Shown here: in pieces, positions 51,911 to 61,931 of the stretch
Numbering within the stretch: the stretch's first letter is position 1
Layout of the letters: every line of letters begins with the position of its first letter
Source: Abditibacterium sp.
Lineage (GTDB): Bacteria; Armatimonadota; Abditibacteriia; Abditibacteriales; Abditibacteriaceae
Assembly (NCBI GenBank): GCA_965246885.1
Contig: OZ251992.1
Span: 2,752,001-2,816,000 of the forward strand
Reading direction: 5' to 3'
Length of the DNA: 64,000 bases
The notes under the pieces: generated by a model
Database searches by the model: none
What the model saw: the letters and a program-made list of their open reading frames with translations, nothing else
What the model was told of the DNA's origin: nothing
Position numbers and translations under genes: made by a program

Positions 51911-52040
51911 AGAGACGGAAGCCGAATAGTGAGGGACGACGGCGAAACAGTGGGAAACAACAGTTGTACAAGGGGGGACAGCCGCCGTTCCCTACTCCGC
52001 AACCGCCGTCCCCCACGCCATGACTGCCGTCCCCTACCTT
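51911..52040. repeat. Highly degenerate 21-nt-period array between convergent genes
   Basis: acagccgccgttccctactcc / gcaaccgccgtcccccacgcc / atgactgccgtcccctacctt, and gagagacggaagccgaatagt / gagggacgacggcgaaacagt. Confidence 0.6.
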
Positions 52041-52054
52041 GAGAGGTTCGGCCT

Positions 52055-54067
52055 TTAGTAGGCGAGTTCAATCATCTGGTGAATGTAAACGCGCGGGACG
52101 GTGAAGGTAGTGGCGCCGTTGTTGGTTTGGAAATCGAGGTCGCGGCCTTCGGGGACGAGGCGAACGCCCGTGACGGGGCGGTCGAGGCGCACGGATACGG
52201 CGACATCGTGGAGCGGGACGGGGTCTTCGATGACTTCGACCATCAGTTCCGGGCCGCCCCACCCGGTGTGGTCGGCGCCGCGCTTTTGGGGTGTGGCATA
52301 GAGCAGGTGCAAGACGGCGCGGTTTTCGTCGGCTTGTTCGTTGAGATAAACGCGCGCCGTCGAGGGCAATTGCGCTTCGACGCGCGGATGGGGGAGGAGC
52401 GAAGCGAGGGCGTCGCGCACCAAATCGCGCAGAAGCGGCTGGCCAATGTTGCGGTAGGACGTGAAGATGGGATGCGCCAGATACGCGATGCGCCCGTTGG
52501 AAACGGCGCCGGGGAAGTCGCTGTCCCGCGCGTCGGGCGTGTGCTGGTGCGAGCAGAAGTGCGCCCATGTCCGGTTGAAATAGGGGTCGCGGCGCGTGGC
52601 GAGCGTGTGCCAGTCCTCGCCGACGGTTCGCACGTTGTGCGCGCCGCCGTGCGCGACGAGCGGGCCGCGCACTTTGACCGTCGGAGCATGCTCCGACGGA
52701 ACGAGGTAATCGGGGTTCCACTCGCTCGGCGCGACGTATTCCAAGCCGATGAAGGGCGCGAATTTCGCGGCGCCCTCTTCCAAGCCGCTTTGCCCGCTCA
52801 GGAGCAACTTGCCGCCGCCTTGGACGTAGGCTTCCAACTGGCGGGCGAGCGCGTCGTCAAGGGTGAACACGTCCGGCAAGACGAGGACTTTGTAGCGGCT
52901 CAGGTCGGCCCGCGCGTCCACGACCTCGAAGGCGGCGTGCATTTCCAACAACATTCGGGAGGCGCCCTCGTCTGGCTTGGAGTCGCGCGCGGCTTGGCCT
53001 CGTCCCGTAAGAAGCGCTTCTGCCGACAAGAGGGCGATGTCGGCGATGGGAGTGGCGGCAACGCACCACGCTTGTTTGGCCTCGACTTCGGCATAAGCGG
53101 CGCCGATTGAGTCGTAGGTGTCGGGGTTCATGGCGCCGCGCGGGTGGAGTTGGTCGCCGATGGAGCATTTGGCGCCCAAGGCGATCATGGCGGCGCACTC
53201 GTATTGCAACGCTTCGGGCCGTTTGAAGCCGCCGAACTCGCCCCACGTCGTGTGGAATTTGCCGGTCATGCCCAGAAAATCGAAGCCCGTCGTGCCCACA
53301 TACAGGGCCGACAAGGGGAAGTGGTCGTAGCCCCAACCGCCCGTCGGGAGCGATTCTAATTCGAGGTGCGAATTCCAATTCATCGCCTCATAATCGCCCT
53401 TGTAGATGTGCCCGGCGTTATGAAAGACGCGGCGCTCGGCGTTGCCGTCCTTGCAAGCGGCGGTGGTGCGCTCGAAGTAGCGCGTCAAAACCCGCTCGTT
53501 CCACGCCTTGACCTGCGCGTCGTCGAGCGGGTCAACGCCCACGTCGCGCATCCCTTTCATGCCAAGCGGCGAGAAGTTGTCGCGCGGGCCGATGATGTCG
53601 AGAAAGATGCCGTCAGAGGCGTCGAGGGTGCGCACGACTTCGAGGATTTGCTCGCACAGGTAGTCGAGATAATCCGTGTCGAAGCCGATGCCGCGCCAGC
53701 CCGCTTGGAGCGGATCGTGAATCTTCCCTTCGCGGGACATGGCGATCCATTCGGGTCGCGTTTGCGCGATGTATTCGTCCAAGCCCGCCGAAATGTAGAT
53801 GGGACACTTGACGTCAATGGCGCGGCACGCTTCGATTTGGCGCGGGAGCAGTTCAAAATCGAGGTGCGGATGGCGCTTGCCAACCTTTGTGGAGTGGTAA
53901 CTCATCCCGTGATGGCACTTGGAAAAGAGGGTCACGGAGTCCACGTGCCCGCGCTTAAGCGCTTCTTGGAATTGGCGGGCATCGAAGTCGGCGCCGACAC
54001 CTTCAATGTGTTCGGACGTGTGGAAGTCAAGGTGGACTTGGCGAAAGCGGAGAAAGTTGGGACGCAT
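52055..54067 (-). CDS. Glycoside hydrolase (GHL6/GH151-like) with beta-galactosidase trimerization-like domain
   Basis: RQVHLDFHTSE, FSKCHHG, DGIFLDI, ELESLPTGGWGYDHFP, GMTGKFHTTWGEFGG, IGDQLHP. Confidence 0.8.
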   Translation of the reverse strand: MRPNFLRFRQVHLDFHTSEHIEGVGADFDARQFQEALKRGHVDSVTLFSKCHHGMSYHSTKVGKRHPHLDFELLPRQIEACRAIDVKCPIYISAGLDEYIAQTRPEWIAMSREGKIHDPLQAGWRGIGFDTDYLDYLCEQILEVVRTLDASDGIFLDIIGPRDNFSPLGMKGMRDVGVDPLDDAQVKAWNERVLTRYFERTTAACKDGNAERRVFHNAGHIYKGDYEAMNWNSHLELESLPTGGWGYDHFPLSALYVGTTGFDFLGMTGKFHTTWGEFGGFKRPEALQYECAAMIALGAKCSIGDQLHPRGAMNPDTYDSIGAAYAEVEAKQAWCVAATPIADIALLSAEALLTGRGQAARDSKPDEGASRMLLEMHAAFEVVDARADLSRYKVLVLPDVFTLDDALARQLEAYVQGGGKLLLSGQSGLEEGAAKFAPFIGLEYVAPSEWNPDYLVPSEHAPTVKVRGPLVAHGGAHNVRTVGEDWHTLATRRDPYFNRTWAHFCSHQHTPDARDSDFPGAVSNGRIAYLAHPIFTSYRNIGQPLLRDLVRDALASLLPHPRVEAQLPSTARVYLNEQADENRAVLHLLYATPQKRGADHTGWGGPELMVEVIEDPVPLHDVAVSVRLDRPVTGVRLVPEGRDLDFQTNNGATTFTVPRVYIHQMIELAY

Positions 54068-54097
54068 AGCGGGCCACCCTGTTTAACATGTCTGGGC

Positions 54098-54574
54098 CTA
54101 CTCGCGGCGCGCGGCGAAGAACTCGCGGAGCAGGGCTTGACTCTCCTCTTCCAACACGCCGCCGCGCAGTTGGGGACGATGGTTGAGGCGGGCGTCGCGC
54201 GCGATGTCGAAGACACTCCCGCACGCCCCCGCTTTGGCGTCAAAAGCCCCGAAGACAATGCGCTCGACGCGGCACAGCCACAGCGCGCCCGCGCACATCG
54301 CGCACGGTTCGAGGGTGACGTACAGCGTTGCCAAGGAAAGTTCGGTGGGCGAGCCGGAGGCGTTACGAAGCGCGTCGCGCGCGGCGACCATTTCGGCATG
54401 GAGCGTCGGGTCGCGCCGGAGCACCACTTCGTTGCGCCCGCGCCCGATGAGTTGCCCTTGCGCCACGACAACGGCGCCAACGGGCACATCGTCGCCCGCC
54501 CCGTCCCCGCCGCGCAAACACCTGCGCGCTTCGTTCAGGGCTTCGCGCATCCACTGTTCGTCGTCGCGCTGCAT
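54098..54574 (-). CDS. tadA: tRNA adenosine(34) deaminase
   Basis: VPVGAVVV, DPTLHAEM, LYVTLEPCAMCAGA, DAKAGACGS, LNHRP, LLREFF..RR. Confidence 0.93.
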   Translation of the reverse strand: MQRDDEQWMREALNEARRCLRGGDGAGDDVPVGAVVVAQGQLIGRGRNEVVLRRDPTLHAEMVAARDALRNASGSPTELSLATLYVTLEPCAMCAGALWLCRVERIVFGAFDAKAGACGSVFDIARDARLNHRPQLRGGVLEEESQALLREFFAARRE

Positions 54575-54613
54575 AAACAAAAAGCGAAAACCAGCGCGGT
54601 TTTCGCTTGGACG

Positions 54614-54685
54614 TGCCCTCACAGGGAATCGAACCCCGATCTTACCCTTAGGAGAGGTCTGCTCTATCCATTGAGCTACAAGGGC
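54614..54685 (-). tRNA. tRNA-Arg (CCT)
   Basis: Reverse complement GCCCTTGTAGCTCAATGGATAGAGCAGACCTCTCCTAAGGGTAAGATCGGGGTTCGATTCCCTGTGAGGGCA. Confidence 0.92.
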
Positions 54686-54775
54686 AGACCAGAAAGGGAG
54701 AAGAGGAGCCAAGGAGAAGAGGAAAGGTTGCCCGCTCCTCTTTTCCCCGCTCCTTCGCTCCTCTTCTGGAGTTGC

Positions 54776-54848
54776 TGCGCTTGGCTGGAATCGAACCAGC
54801 GACCTTTTGCTTCGGAGGCAAACGCTCTATCCCCTGAGCTACAAACGC
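54776..54848 (-). tRNA. tRNA-Arg (CCG)
   Basis: Reverse complement GCGTTTGTAGCTCAGGGGATAGAGCGTTTGCCTCCGAAGCAAAAGGTCGCTGGTTCGATTCCAGCCAAGCGCA. Confidence 0.95.
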
Positions 54849-54863
54849 GATACCCTTTCTATT

Positions 54864-55682
54864 TTAGCAAAGTCGCCCGCGCGCCCGAAGCGCACACAGG
54901 CCCGCGATGCTCACGCGCTCGCCGCGCACTTCGAGTTGCAAGGCGCCGCCGCGCGCTGACAGTTGCACCGCGTTCAAGTGCTGCTTTCCCAAACGCGCCG
55001 CCCAAAACGGTGCGAGGGCGCAGTGCGCGCTTCCTGTCACCGGGTCTTCGGGGATGCCTACGCGCGGCGCAAAGAAGCGCGAGATGAAATCAGTTTCTCC
55101 GGCAGGCGCTTCGGGTTGGGAAGTCACAATAATGCCGCGCGCGGGGATGGCACCCAGCTTGGCGAGGTTGGGGCGAAGATTCTTCCACGAAGTCGGCTCG
55201 ATGCGCAGCAACCAATCTTCCCCAGCGCGCCCGCAAAACAGGATCGGCTCGCTCAACAAGCCCAAAGCCGCGCGCAACGAGGAGGGCGTGGCGCACTCCT
55301 CGACTTCCTGCGCCGGAAAATCTAACTCGACGCGCTCGCCGTCCACTCGCGCCGATAGCTCGCCGGAGCGCGTCGCAAAACGCGCGGTCTCGCCATCGCG
55401 CAACAACCCGGCATCCAACAGCGCCCGCGCCGCCGCAAGCGTGGCATGGCCGCACAAGTTCACTTCGGTTAGCGGCGTCATCCAGCGCAAATCGAACGCG
55501 CCCGCGCCGCGCGGCACGACGAACGCGGTCTCGGCGAGGTGGAACTCATTTGCGCGCTCCTGCAACTCCTCATCGCACGCGAACTCGGATAGCAGCACGA
55601 CGGCAGCCGGGTTGCCGCGTAGTGTCCGCCCCTGCCATGTCCCCACAAAAGCGTCCACAATCCAAAACGGCGCCAGTTCCAT
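54864..55682 (-). CDS. PhzF family isomerase
   Basis: VDAF...GNPAAV, LAETAF, EVNLCGHATLA, SRFFAPRVGIPEDPVTGSAHC, QLSARGG; ATG at 55682. Confidence 0.92.
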   Translation of the reverse strand: MELAPFWIVDAFVGTWQGRTLRGNPAAVVLLSEFACDEELQERANEFHLAETAFVVPRGAGAFDLRWMTPLTEVNLCGHATLAAARALLDAGLLRDGETARFATRSGELSARVDGERVELDFPAQEVEECATPSSLRAALGLLSEPILFCGRAGEDWLLRIEPTSWKNLRPNLAKLGAIPARGIIVTSQPEAPAGETDFISRFFAPRVGIPEDPVTGSAHCALAPFWAARLGKQHLNAVQLSARGGALQLEVRGERVSIAGLCALRARGRLC

Positions 55683-55692
55683 CCTCTTTAGC

Positions 55693-55721
55693 TTGCCATA
55701 AGGCGCGGCATCGAGTAGAAT
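55693..55721 (+). promoter_or_regulatory. Sigma70-type promoter for tRNA-Glu
   Basis: TTGCCA-17 bp-TAGAAT. Confidence 0.7.
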
Positions 55722-55741
55722 TTCCCATTGCCTTTTTGCAC

Positions 55742-55815
55742 GGCGCGTTCGTCTAGAGGCCCAGGACATCTCCCTCTCACGGAGAAGATCAGGGGTTCGA
55801 ATCCCCTACGCGCTA
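55742..55815 (+). tRNA. tRNA-Glu (CTC)
   Basis: GGCGCGTTCGTCTAGAGGCCCAGGACA-TCTCC-CT-CTC-AC-GGAGA-AGATCAGGGGTTCGAATCCCCTACGCGCTA. Confidence 0.94.
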
Positions 55816-55821
55816 TTTTCC

Positions 55822-55850
55822 CTATTGCCCGCTTTATAAGCGGGCAATAG
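55822..55850. terminator. Hairpin between convergent tRNA-Glu and uvrB
   Basis: ctattgcccgctt-tat-aagcgggcaatag. Confidence 0.7.
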
Positions 55851-55865
55851 TCGTTTTAGTGCCCT

Positions 55866-57935
55866 CTACCCCTTGGCCAACTCCCGCAGCGTGAGCAGTT
55901 CGTCGCGCAGTTGGGCGGCGCGCTCGAAGTCGAGGGACTTGGCGGCGGCCTTCATCTCGGATTCCAGTTCTTCGAGCAACTTGGGCAAGTCCTCTTTCTT
56001 GGGCTTGGCCACAATTTTTCCGGGCGCAAGTTCGCTTTGCACGTCGGCCAAAAGCTCCGTCAGCAAGTCCTCCCGAATCGCTTTCTGAATCCCCTGTGGC
56101 GTGATGCCGTTCGCCTCGTTGTAGGCGAGTTGCAGCGTGCGGCGGCGGTTAGTTTCATCTATGGCGCGCTGCATCGAGCCAGTCACACGGTCGGCGTACA
56201 TAATCACCTGACCCTCGACGTGACGCGCCGCGCGGCCAATGGTCTGGATGAGGCTGGTTTCGCTCCGCAGGAAGCCCTCTTTGTCGGCGTCAAGAATGGC
56301 CACCAGCGACACTTCGGGCAAGTCCAAACCTTCGCGGAGCAGGTTGATGCCCACCAGCACGTCGTACTTGCCCTGCCGGAGTTCGCGCAGAATTTGGCTG
56401 CGCTCCATCGTTTCGATGTCGGAGTGGAGGTAGTTCACCTTCACGTCTATCTCCTTGAGGTAGTCCGTCAAGTCCTCCGCCATGCGCTTCGTCAGAGTTG
56501 TGCAAAGGACGCGCTGACCTTTGGAAGTGCGGCTCCTAATTTCGGCGAGCAGGTCATCTATTTGTCCGCGCGTCGGACGAATGGAGATTTCGGGGTCAAT
56601 GAGTCCCGTCGGGCGGATTATCTGCTGGGCGAGGCCGTCATAATCGCCTTCGGGGAGCGTGAACGCGCCGAGCGAGGCGCCTTTGTGCTTGCTTTCCACG
56701 ACGGCGCGCTCCAAGCCGATGTGTTCCAACTCATACGGGCCGGGAGTCGCCGAGATATAGGTCGTTTGCCCCATGCGCGCCTCGAACTCCTCGAACTTGA
56801 GCGGGCGGTTATCGAAGGCCGAGGGCAAGCGAAAGCCGTAGTCCACAAGCGTTTCTTTGCGCGCGCGGTCGCCGTTGTACATGGCGCGAATCTGCGGCAT
56901 GGTGACGTGCGACTCATCCACCATCAGCAGGTAGTCGTCCGGGAAGTAGTCAATCAGCGTGTATGGTGCGTCGCCCGGAATGCGGCCATCGAGATAGCGC
57001 GAGTAGTTCTCGATACCATTGCAATACCCGACTTCGCGCATCATTTCCATGTCGTACCTCACGCGCTGCCGCAGGCGCTGCGCTTCGAGGAGCTTGCCGA
57101 CGGACTCGAAGTAGGTGCACTGCTCCTCTAAGTCGCGCTCGATGTGCTCCAAGGCGGCGCCCATCCTATCTTCCGAGGCGATAAAGTGCGTGGCGGGAAA
57201 GACCGTCGTAAATTTGCGGTTCTCGACCACATTGCCCGTCAGGTTGTTCATCAGTTGGATGGATTCTATCTCATCGCCGAAGGTGTCTATCCTCACTACG
57301 TTGTCCGAATCGCGCGGGTGGATTTCGAGCACGTCGCCCCTCACGCGGAACGTGCCGCGCACGAGGTTAATGTCGTTGCGCGCGAACTGCATCGCAATCA
57401 GCCGCTCCAACGTCGCGCGCCGGTCTATGGTGTCGCCCACGCGGAAGTCGAGCGAGAACTGCTTGTAAAGTTCCGGCGTGCCCAAGCCGTAGATGCACGA
57501 CACCGATGAGACGACGATCACATCGCGCCGCGAGGTGAGCGACTGCGTCGAAGAGTGCCGCAAGCGGTCTATCTCGTCGTTGCGCGATGACTCCTTTTCG
57601 ATATAGGTGTCGGAGTGCACGACGTAGGCTTCGGGCTGGTAGTAGTCGTAATACGAGACGAAGTACTCCACCGCGTTGTCGGGGAAGAACTCCCGTAGCT
57701 CCTGACACAGTTGCGCCGCTAAAGTCTTATTGTGCGCCACCAGAAGCGCCGGACGCTGCAACTCCTGAATCACCTGCGCGGCAGTGAAAGTTTTGCCCGT
57801 TCCCGTCGCGCCCAGCAAAACTTGGTGCGCGAGGCCATCACGGGCGCCTTTGACTAACTTCTCTATGGCTTGAGGCTGGTCGCCTTTAGGGGAAAACGGC
57901 GCGTGCATTTGGAAGGGCTTGTTGTCGCGGGGCAT
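55866..57935 (-). CDS. uvrB: Excinuclease ABC subunit B
   Basis: [61 protein letters not shown] domain ([11 protein letters not shown]). Confidence 0.98.
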   Translation of the reverse strand: MPRDNKPFQMHAPFSPKGDQPQAIEKLVKGARDGLAHQVLLGATGTGKTFTAAQVIQELQRPALLVAHNKTLAAQLCQELREFFPDNAVEYFVSYYDYYQPEAYVVHSDTYIEKESSRNDEIDRLRHSSTQSLTSRRDVIVVSSVSCIYGLGTPELYKQFSLDFRVGDTIDRRATLERLIAMQFARNDINLVRGTFRVRGDVLEIHPRDSDNVVRIDTFGDEIESIQLMNNLTGNVVENRKFTTVFPATHFIASEDRMGAALEHIERDLEEQCTYFESVGKLLEAQRLRQRVRYDMEMMREVGYCNGIENYSRYLDGRIPGDAPYTLIDYFPDDYLLMVDESHVTMPQIRAMYNGDRARKETLVDYGFRLPSAFDNRPLKFEEFEARMGQTTYISATPGPYELEHIGLERAVVESKHKGASLGAFTLPEGDYDGLAQQIIRPTGLIDPEISIRPTRGQIDDLLAEIRSRTSKGQRVLCTTLTKRMAEDLTDYLKEIDVKVNYLHSDIETMERSQILRELRQGKYDVLVGINLLREGLDLPEVSLVAILDADKEGFLRSETSLIQTIGRAARHVEGQVIMYADRVTGSMQRAIDETNRRRTLQLAYNEANGITPQGIQKAIREDLLTELLADVQSELAPGKIVAKPKKEDLPKLLEELESEMKAAAKSLDFERAAQLRDELLTLRELAKG

Positions 57936-57993
57936 AATCTTTGGGGTTTAGTTTAAGACGCGCGAAGTGCCAATTCGCGCACACTTTCCGGCC

Positions 57994-59118
57994 ATGAGCG
58001 AATTGGAAATGAGTGCGGCGCGCTTGCAAGGCGCGGTCGCGGGTGCGTCGAAGAACTTGGTCGAGCGCGCGCCTTTGGTGGAGGCCGTCGTATTGGCGGC
58101 GGTAGCGGGCGAGCACCTACTTGTCATCGGGCCGCCGGGGACAGCGAAATCGCAAGCGGTGCGGCGCATCTCCTCCGCGTTGGGCGGGCGCTACTTCGAG
58201 TATTTGTTGGGCCGTTTCTCGGAACCGTCTGAGATATTCGGGCCGATTGACCTGCGACGCTTGCGCGAAGGCGTTGTCCAAACGCAGACCGATGGCATGC
58301 TCCCGGAAGCGGACATCGCCTTCTTGGACGAGGTGTTTCAAGGCTCGACGGCCATCCTCAATACGCTTCTGGGCCTGCTCAACGAGCGCGTCTTTCGTCG
58401 CGGCCACGACGCCATCGCCGCGCCCTTACGCACGTGTTGCGCCGCTTCCAATGCCCTACCCGACGACCCCAACTTAGCCGCGTTCGCCGACCGCTTCTTG
58501 CTCCGGCTGTGGGTGTCACCCGTCCCCGACGCGCAGTTGGAAGAGCTTTTGGAAGGCGGCTGGCGAAGCGACGAAGCGCCGATGGGGTTAGCCACAATGA
58601 ACGACGTGGACACCCTCGCGCGCGCCGCCAAAAGTGCCGATATGTCGCGCGTTCGCTCGCACGTCGCCGAGTGCTTGCGCTTGCTTCGCGGGGCGGGCGT
58701 CGAACTGTCCGACAGGCGCGCCGTGAAAACGCAAAAGTTAATCGCGGCGGCGGCAGTTTTGGATGGGCGCGTGCTCCCCGATGACGGCGACTTATGGCCC
58801 ATCGTCTGGGCTGTTCCGACACTCGAAGGGCAGACCTTAGCGCGCGAAGTGCTGCGCGACAAGTTGGTGCGCACCCGCAACCGCGCCCTGCCCGCCGCGT
58901 CGGAAGAGGCCTCGAGCGGCCCGCTTGCCCGCGCGCTCCGCTTGGAAAGCGCCGCGCGCGAGTTGCTCGCCGTCGCGGAGCGCGACGCCGCATGGCGGCT
59001 CCGTTTGGAAGGCGTCGCGCGCGAGATGGACGCCGCGTTTGCCCCGCAAAGCCGCCCCGCGTCGCTGGAAACTGTGCGCGGCCAAGTCGTCGCCGCCCTT
59101 GGGGGAGAAGCGCCGTGA
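57994..59118 (+). CDS. MoxR/RavA-like AAA+ ATPase
   Basis: GEHLLVIGPPGTAKS, YFEYLLGRFSEPSEIFGP, FLDEVF, LNER, ASNALP, DRF, SDRR. Confidence 0.9.
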   Translation: MSELEMSAARLQGAVAGASKNLVERAPLVEAVVLAAVAGEHLLVIGPPGTAKSQAVRRISSALGGRYFEYLLGRFSEPSEIFGPIDLRRLREGVVQTQTDGMLPEADIAFLDEVFQGSTAILNTLLGLLNERVFRRGHDAIAAPLRTCCAASNALPDDPNLAAFADRFLLRLWVSPVPDAQLEELLEGGWRSDEAPMGLATMNDVDTLARAAKSADMSRVRSHVAECLRLLRGAGVELSDRRAVKTQKLIAAAAVLDGRVLPDDGDLWPIVWAVPTLEGQTLAREVLRDKLVRTRNRALPAASEEASSGPLARALRLESAARELLAVAERDAAWRLRLEGVAREMDAAFAPQSRPASLETVRGQVVAALGGEAP

Positions 59119-59534
59119 TTGGGTGGAAGGCGCGCGCGGCCCCGCTCGAACCCCACGCAGTTGCCGCGACGGGCGAGGCGGCCCGCGCCCTCGCTCGCCG
59201 CCTTCTGGCGATGAATGACGAAGAGTTGGCCCTTTTACGCGGACTCCAGTGGGCGGATGGCCTCGCTCTCGAAGGCGCCGAAGGCACTCTGCCTTGGGCC
59301 GACGGCGCCCTTTACGTGGGCCGCGATGCCCGCGCGCCCAAACTCCTCCTGCCGTGTGCGCTCGAACCGGACGCGCCCCTCGAACTGTGGGCGCGCGCCT
59401 TTGAGCGTGCCCTCCCGCGCGAACTGGCCGCGCCCATTTTAGTGCTTCCCGACAGTCGCTCCGCCGTCTCTTTGGCTGGCGCGCGCAACGTGGAACGCGC
59501 GAAGGTGGAGGAGTGGCTACGCGCGCTCCCCTAA
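59115..59534 (+). CDS. bpX5-like domain protein (MoxR-vWA-beta-propeller ternary system component)
   Basis: W..R..PLEP.AV.A.G.AA..LARRLL, LPWADGALYVGRD..AP.LLLP..LEPD.P pattern; GTGA overlap with the MoxR stop. Confidence 0.7.
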   Translation: MIGWKARAAPLEPHAVAATGEAARALARRLLAMNDEELALLRGLQWADGLALEGAEGTLPWADGALYVGRDARAPKLLLPCALEPDAPLELWARAFERALPRELAAPILVLPDSRSAVSLAGARNVERAKVEEWLRALP

Positions 59535-61931
59535 CACCTCCTCAAACACCCGCTCCCACTGCCGCACGACGGCGCTTGCTGCATACTCCCGTTCGACTTT
59601 GGCACGAAGAGCGGCGCCCAACCGGGCGCACAAGGCAGGGTTATCCATCAAGCGCAGGAGCGCTTGAGCGACCGATTCGGGGGACTCATGGGGCACGAAC
59701 AGGCCCGATATTTCGTCTTCGATTTGCTCTAACGTGCCGTTGTCGCGCGTCGCAACAACCGGGAGGCGCGCCGCGCCCGCTTCGGCGATAATATGGGGCA
59801 TCCCTTCGCCCCTCGCCACGAAGCAAAGCGCGTCCATGCCTGCCAAGAGGCGCGCAACGTCGGGGCGGTCGCCTGTCCACGTGACGGCGGATTCTATTCC
59901 TAACTCGCGTGCGAGTTTACGCAATTCGTCCTCGTATTCGGGCATAAACGCATCCGGCCCCCCAACCACCACAAAGCGCGCCTCGCCTCGCTCCGCATGC
60001 ACCAAAGCGGCGGCAGCGAGAAAGTCTTCCACCCGCTTTTTCCTGTCCAAGCGCCCGACCCACCCCGCGACGAAGTGGTTCTCCTCCCAGCCGAACTCCG
60101 CGCGCACCCCGCCCCGGTCGAGCGGCGAAAACTCTTCCAAATCCACCATCGAAGGCAACATCAGCGCGTCATGCTCGCGGCCCGCCATGTGCCGCGCGGC
60201 TTCGGCGCGAATCGCGTCGCACACGCCGATATAACGGGAAGTGAAGCCTTTTGGCCCGCGCGCTTCCTCGACCAGACCGCCGTGCTCAATCAGTGGCGGC
60301 ACCCTCCGGCCCAGTGCCGCCATGCGTTCCAGAGCCGGAAGGACGTCCGGCACGTTCTGCGACGCAATCACGATGTCCGCACGGGCCAAGCGGTCGGCCA
60401 GAAACTTCACCGTGTCCTCGAACGGCAGGTCGTAGGCCGTGCGATCCACTAGCACGCCCGCCGCTTCGAGTTGAGCGTGCGTTTGCTCGCTCATGCCCGC
60501 ACGCCGAAAGCAGGCGACGACTTCCAACTCATAGCGGCTCGCATCCAGATGGCGGGCGAGCAAGCGGGCTTCGGTTTCCTCGCCGCCCACGACGAGCCAC
60601 GCGAACACCCAAATTATCTTTTTGCGCGCCCCAACTCGCTTGGAAGAGGACGACAGTCCCGCCGTTACCAAATGGCGGGCGGGACTGCCGTCCTCTTCCA
60701 AGCGGGGAAGTGTTGTGTCACTCCAAGCTCGGCGATAGGCGGCGTCGTGGCGCGCGGCCATCCGTTCACCGGTGAACTCCCGGCAAAAGCTGGCGTATCC
60801 CGCTTCGCCCCAGCGTTTCCCTTCGGCTCCAAGCGCGCGGCTCAGCCCGTGCGCCAGCGCCGCAACGTCGGCAACCGGAGCCAGAAAGCCCGTGACTTCG
60901 TGCGTCACGCAGTCACGGATGCCGTCGGCGTCGCAGCCCACAACCGGCAAGCGCGCCGCCATCGCTTCGAGCGCCGCGAGCGGTAGCCCCTCGAACTTCG
61001 AGGGCAACACAAAAGCATCGGCGGCGGCATAAAAGCGGGACATGTCCGCCCTTTCGCCCGCAAAATGCGCGCGCCCGCCGAGGCCGTTTTCCCTCGCGCG
61101 CTCCTCGCATATCCCGCGCAGATGCCCACCGCCCACAACGAGGAGGTGCGCATCTTTCCGTTCAAGGCGGGCGAACGAATCGAGAAGCGCGAGCGGATCC
61201 TTTTGCTCGGCCAAACGCCCACAAAACAGCGCGAGCGGCGCCGCGTTGGGGATGCCGAACTCCGCGCGAACGCCGTCCTCACTTCCACCCCATCGCGGCG
61301 CGTTCACGCCGTTCTCGACCGTCCAAATGCGCTCTGGCGGCGCCAACTCCGCCCGAACCAACGATTCGCGCACCGACTCCGACACGGCCAATACCGCGTC
61401 CAATTCGGCGCAGACCGCGCGTTTTTCGCGCACTTCCCAAGGGTGCCGCACCAAGTTCGGCGTGTGCTCGGTCGCTACCACGCACGGCACCCCCGCCGCT
61501 CGCGCCGCCCGCGTGCCGAAGTGCCCTTCCCACGTCGCGCCGATGTGGTTGTGGAACACCTCCACTTTCCACGCCCGCAGCAGTTCGGTAAGCCGCGCCC
61601 GCGCCGCATGTTCGTGCGCCTCCCGAAGCGTCAAGCGCGCCCCGTCGCAGACAAGAGGCCGCAACCGCTCCCATACCCCATCCGCGCCGGGGTGGTCGGC
61701 GACAATTAACAACAGTTCATACCCTCGCCCCGGCAAATGGCAGCCGAGCGTTTCCATCACGCGTCCGACGCCCGACGGTTCGAGGGAATCGCAAAAGAAA
61801 GCGACGCGCGTGGGCCATTCGCCGGGTCGCGTGGACAAATCCCGTAGCCCGGCGAACGACTCCCGCGACCCGGCGGACAAATCCCGTAGCCCGGCGGACG
61901 ACTCCCGTAGCCCGGCGAACACTTCCCTCAT
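59517..61931 (-). CDS. Tandem double GT4 glycosyltransferase
   Basis: Two GT-B units: CGRLAEQK...PSKFEGLPLAALEAMA and VGRLDRKK...GEGMPHIIAEAGA; ATG overlaps the upstream stop. Confidence 0.88.
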   Translation of the reverse strand: MREVFAGLRESSAGLRDLSAGSRESFAGLRDLSTRPGEWPTRVAFFCDSLEPSGVGRVMETLGCHLPGRGYELLLIVADHPGADGVWERLRPLVCDGARLTLREAHEHAARARLTELLRAWKVEVFHNHIGATWEGHFGTRAARAAGVPCVVATEHTPNLVRHPWEVREKRAVCAELDAVLAVSESVRESLVRAELAPPERIWTVENGVNAPRWGGSEDGVRAEFGIPNAAPLALFCGRLAEQKDPLALLDSFARLERKDAHLLVVGGGHLRGICEERARENGLGGRAHFAGERADMSRFYAAADAFVLPSKFEGLPLAALEAMAARLPVVGCDADGIRDCVTHEVTGFLAPVADVAALAHGLSRALGAEGKRWGEAGYASFCREFTGERMAARHDAAYRRAWSDTTLPRLEEDGSPARHLVTAGLSSSSKRVGARKKIIWVFAWLVVGGEETEARLLARHLDASRYELEVVACFRRAGMSEQTHAQLEAAGVLVDRTAYDLPFEDTVKFLADRLARADIVIASQNVPDVLPALERMAALGRRVPPLIEHGGLVEEARGPKGFTSRYIGVCDAIRAEAARHMAGREHDALMLPSMVDLEEFSPLDRGGVRAEFGWEENHFVAGWVGRLDRKKRVEDFLAAAALVHAERGEARFVVVGGPDAFMPEYEDELRKLARELGIESAVTWTGDRPDVARLLAGMDALCFVARGEGMPHIIAEAGAARLPVVATRDNGTLEQIEDEISGLFVPHESPESVAQALLRLMDNPALCARLGAALRAKVEREYAASAVVRQWERVFEEVLGERA
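61829..61920. repeat. 21-nt-period array inside the 5' end of the glycosyltransferase gene
   Basis: tcccgtagcccggcggacgac-type units; translate as FAGLRES-SAGLRDL-SAGSRES-FAGLRDL. Confidence 0.85.

Noticed and set aside
53366..55087. Long antisense or shadow ORFs (e.g. 53366-55087, 40718-42472, 38888-40363, 21210-22649, 2758-4137, 18311-19696)
   Set aside because: They overlap well-supported genes and have no motifs; expected from stop-codon scarcity in high-GC DNA.
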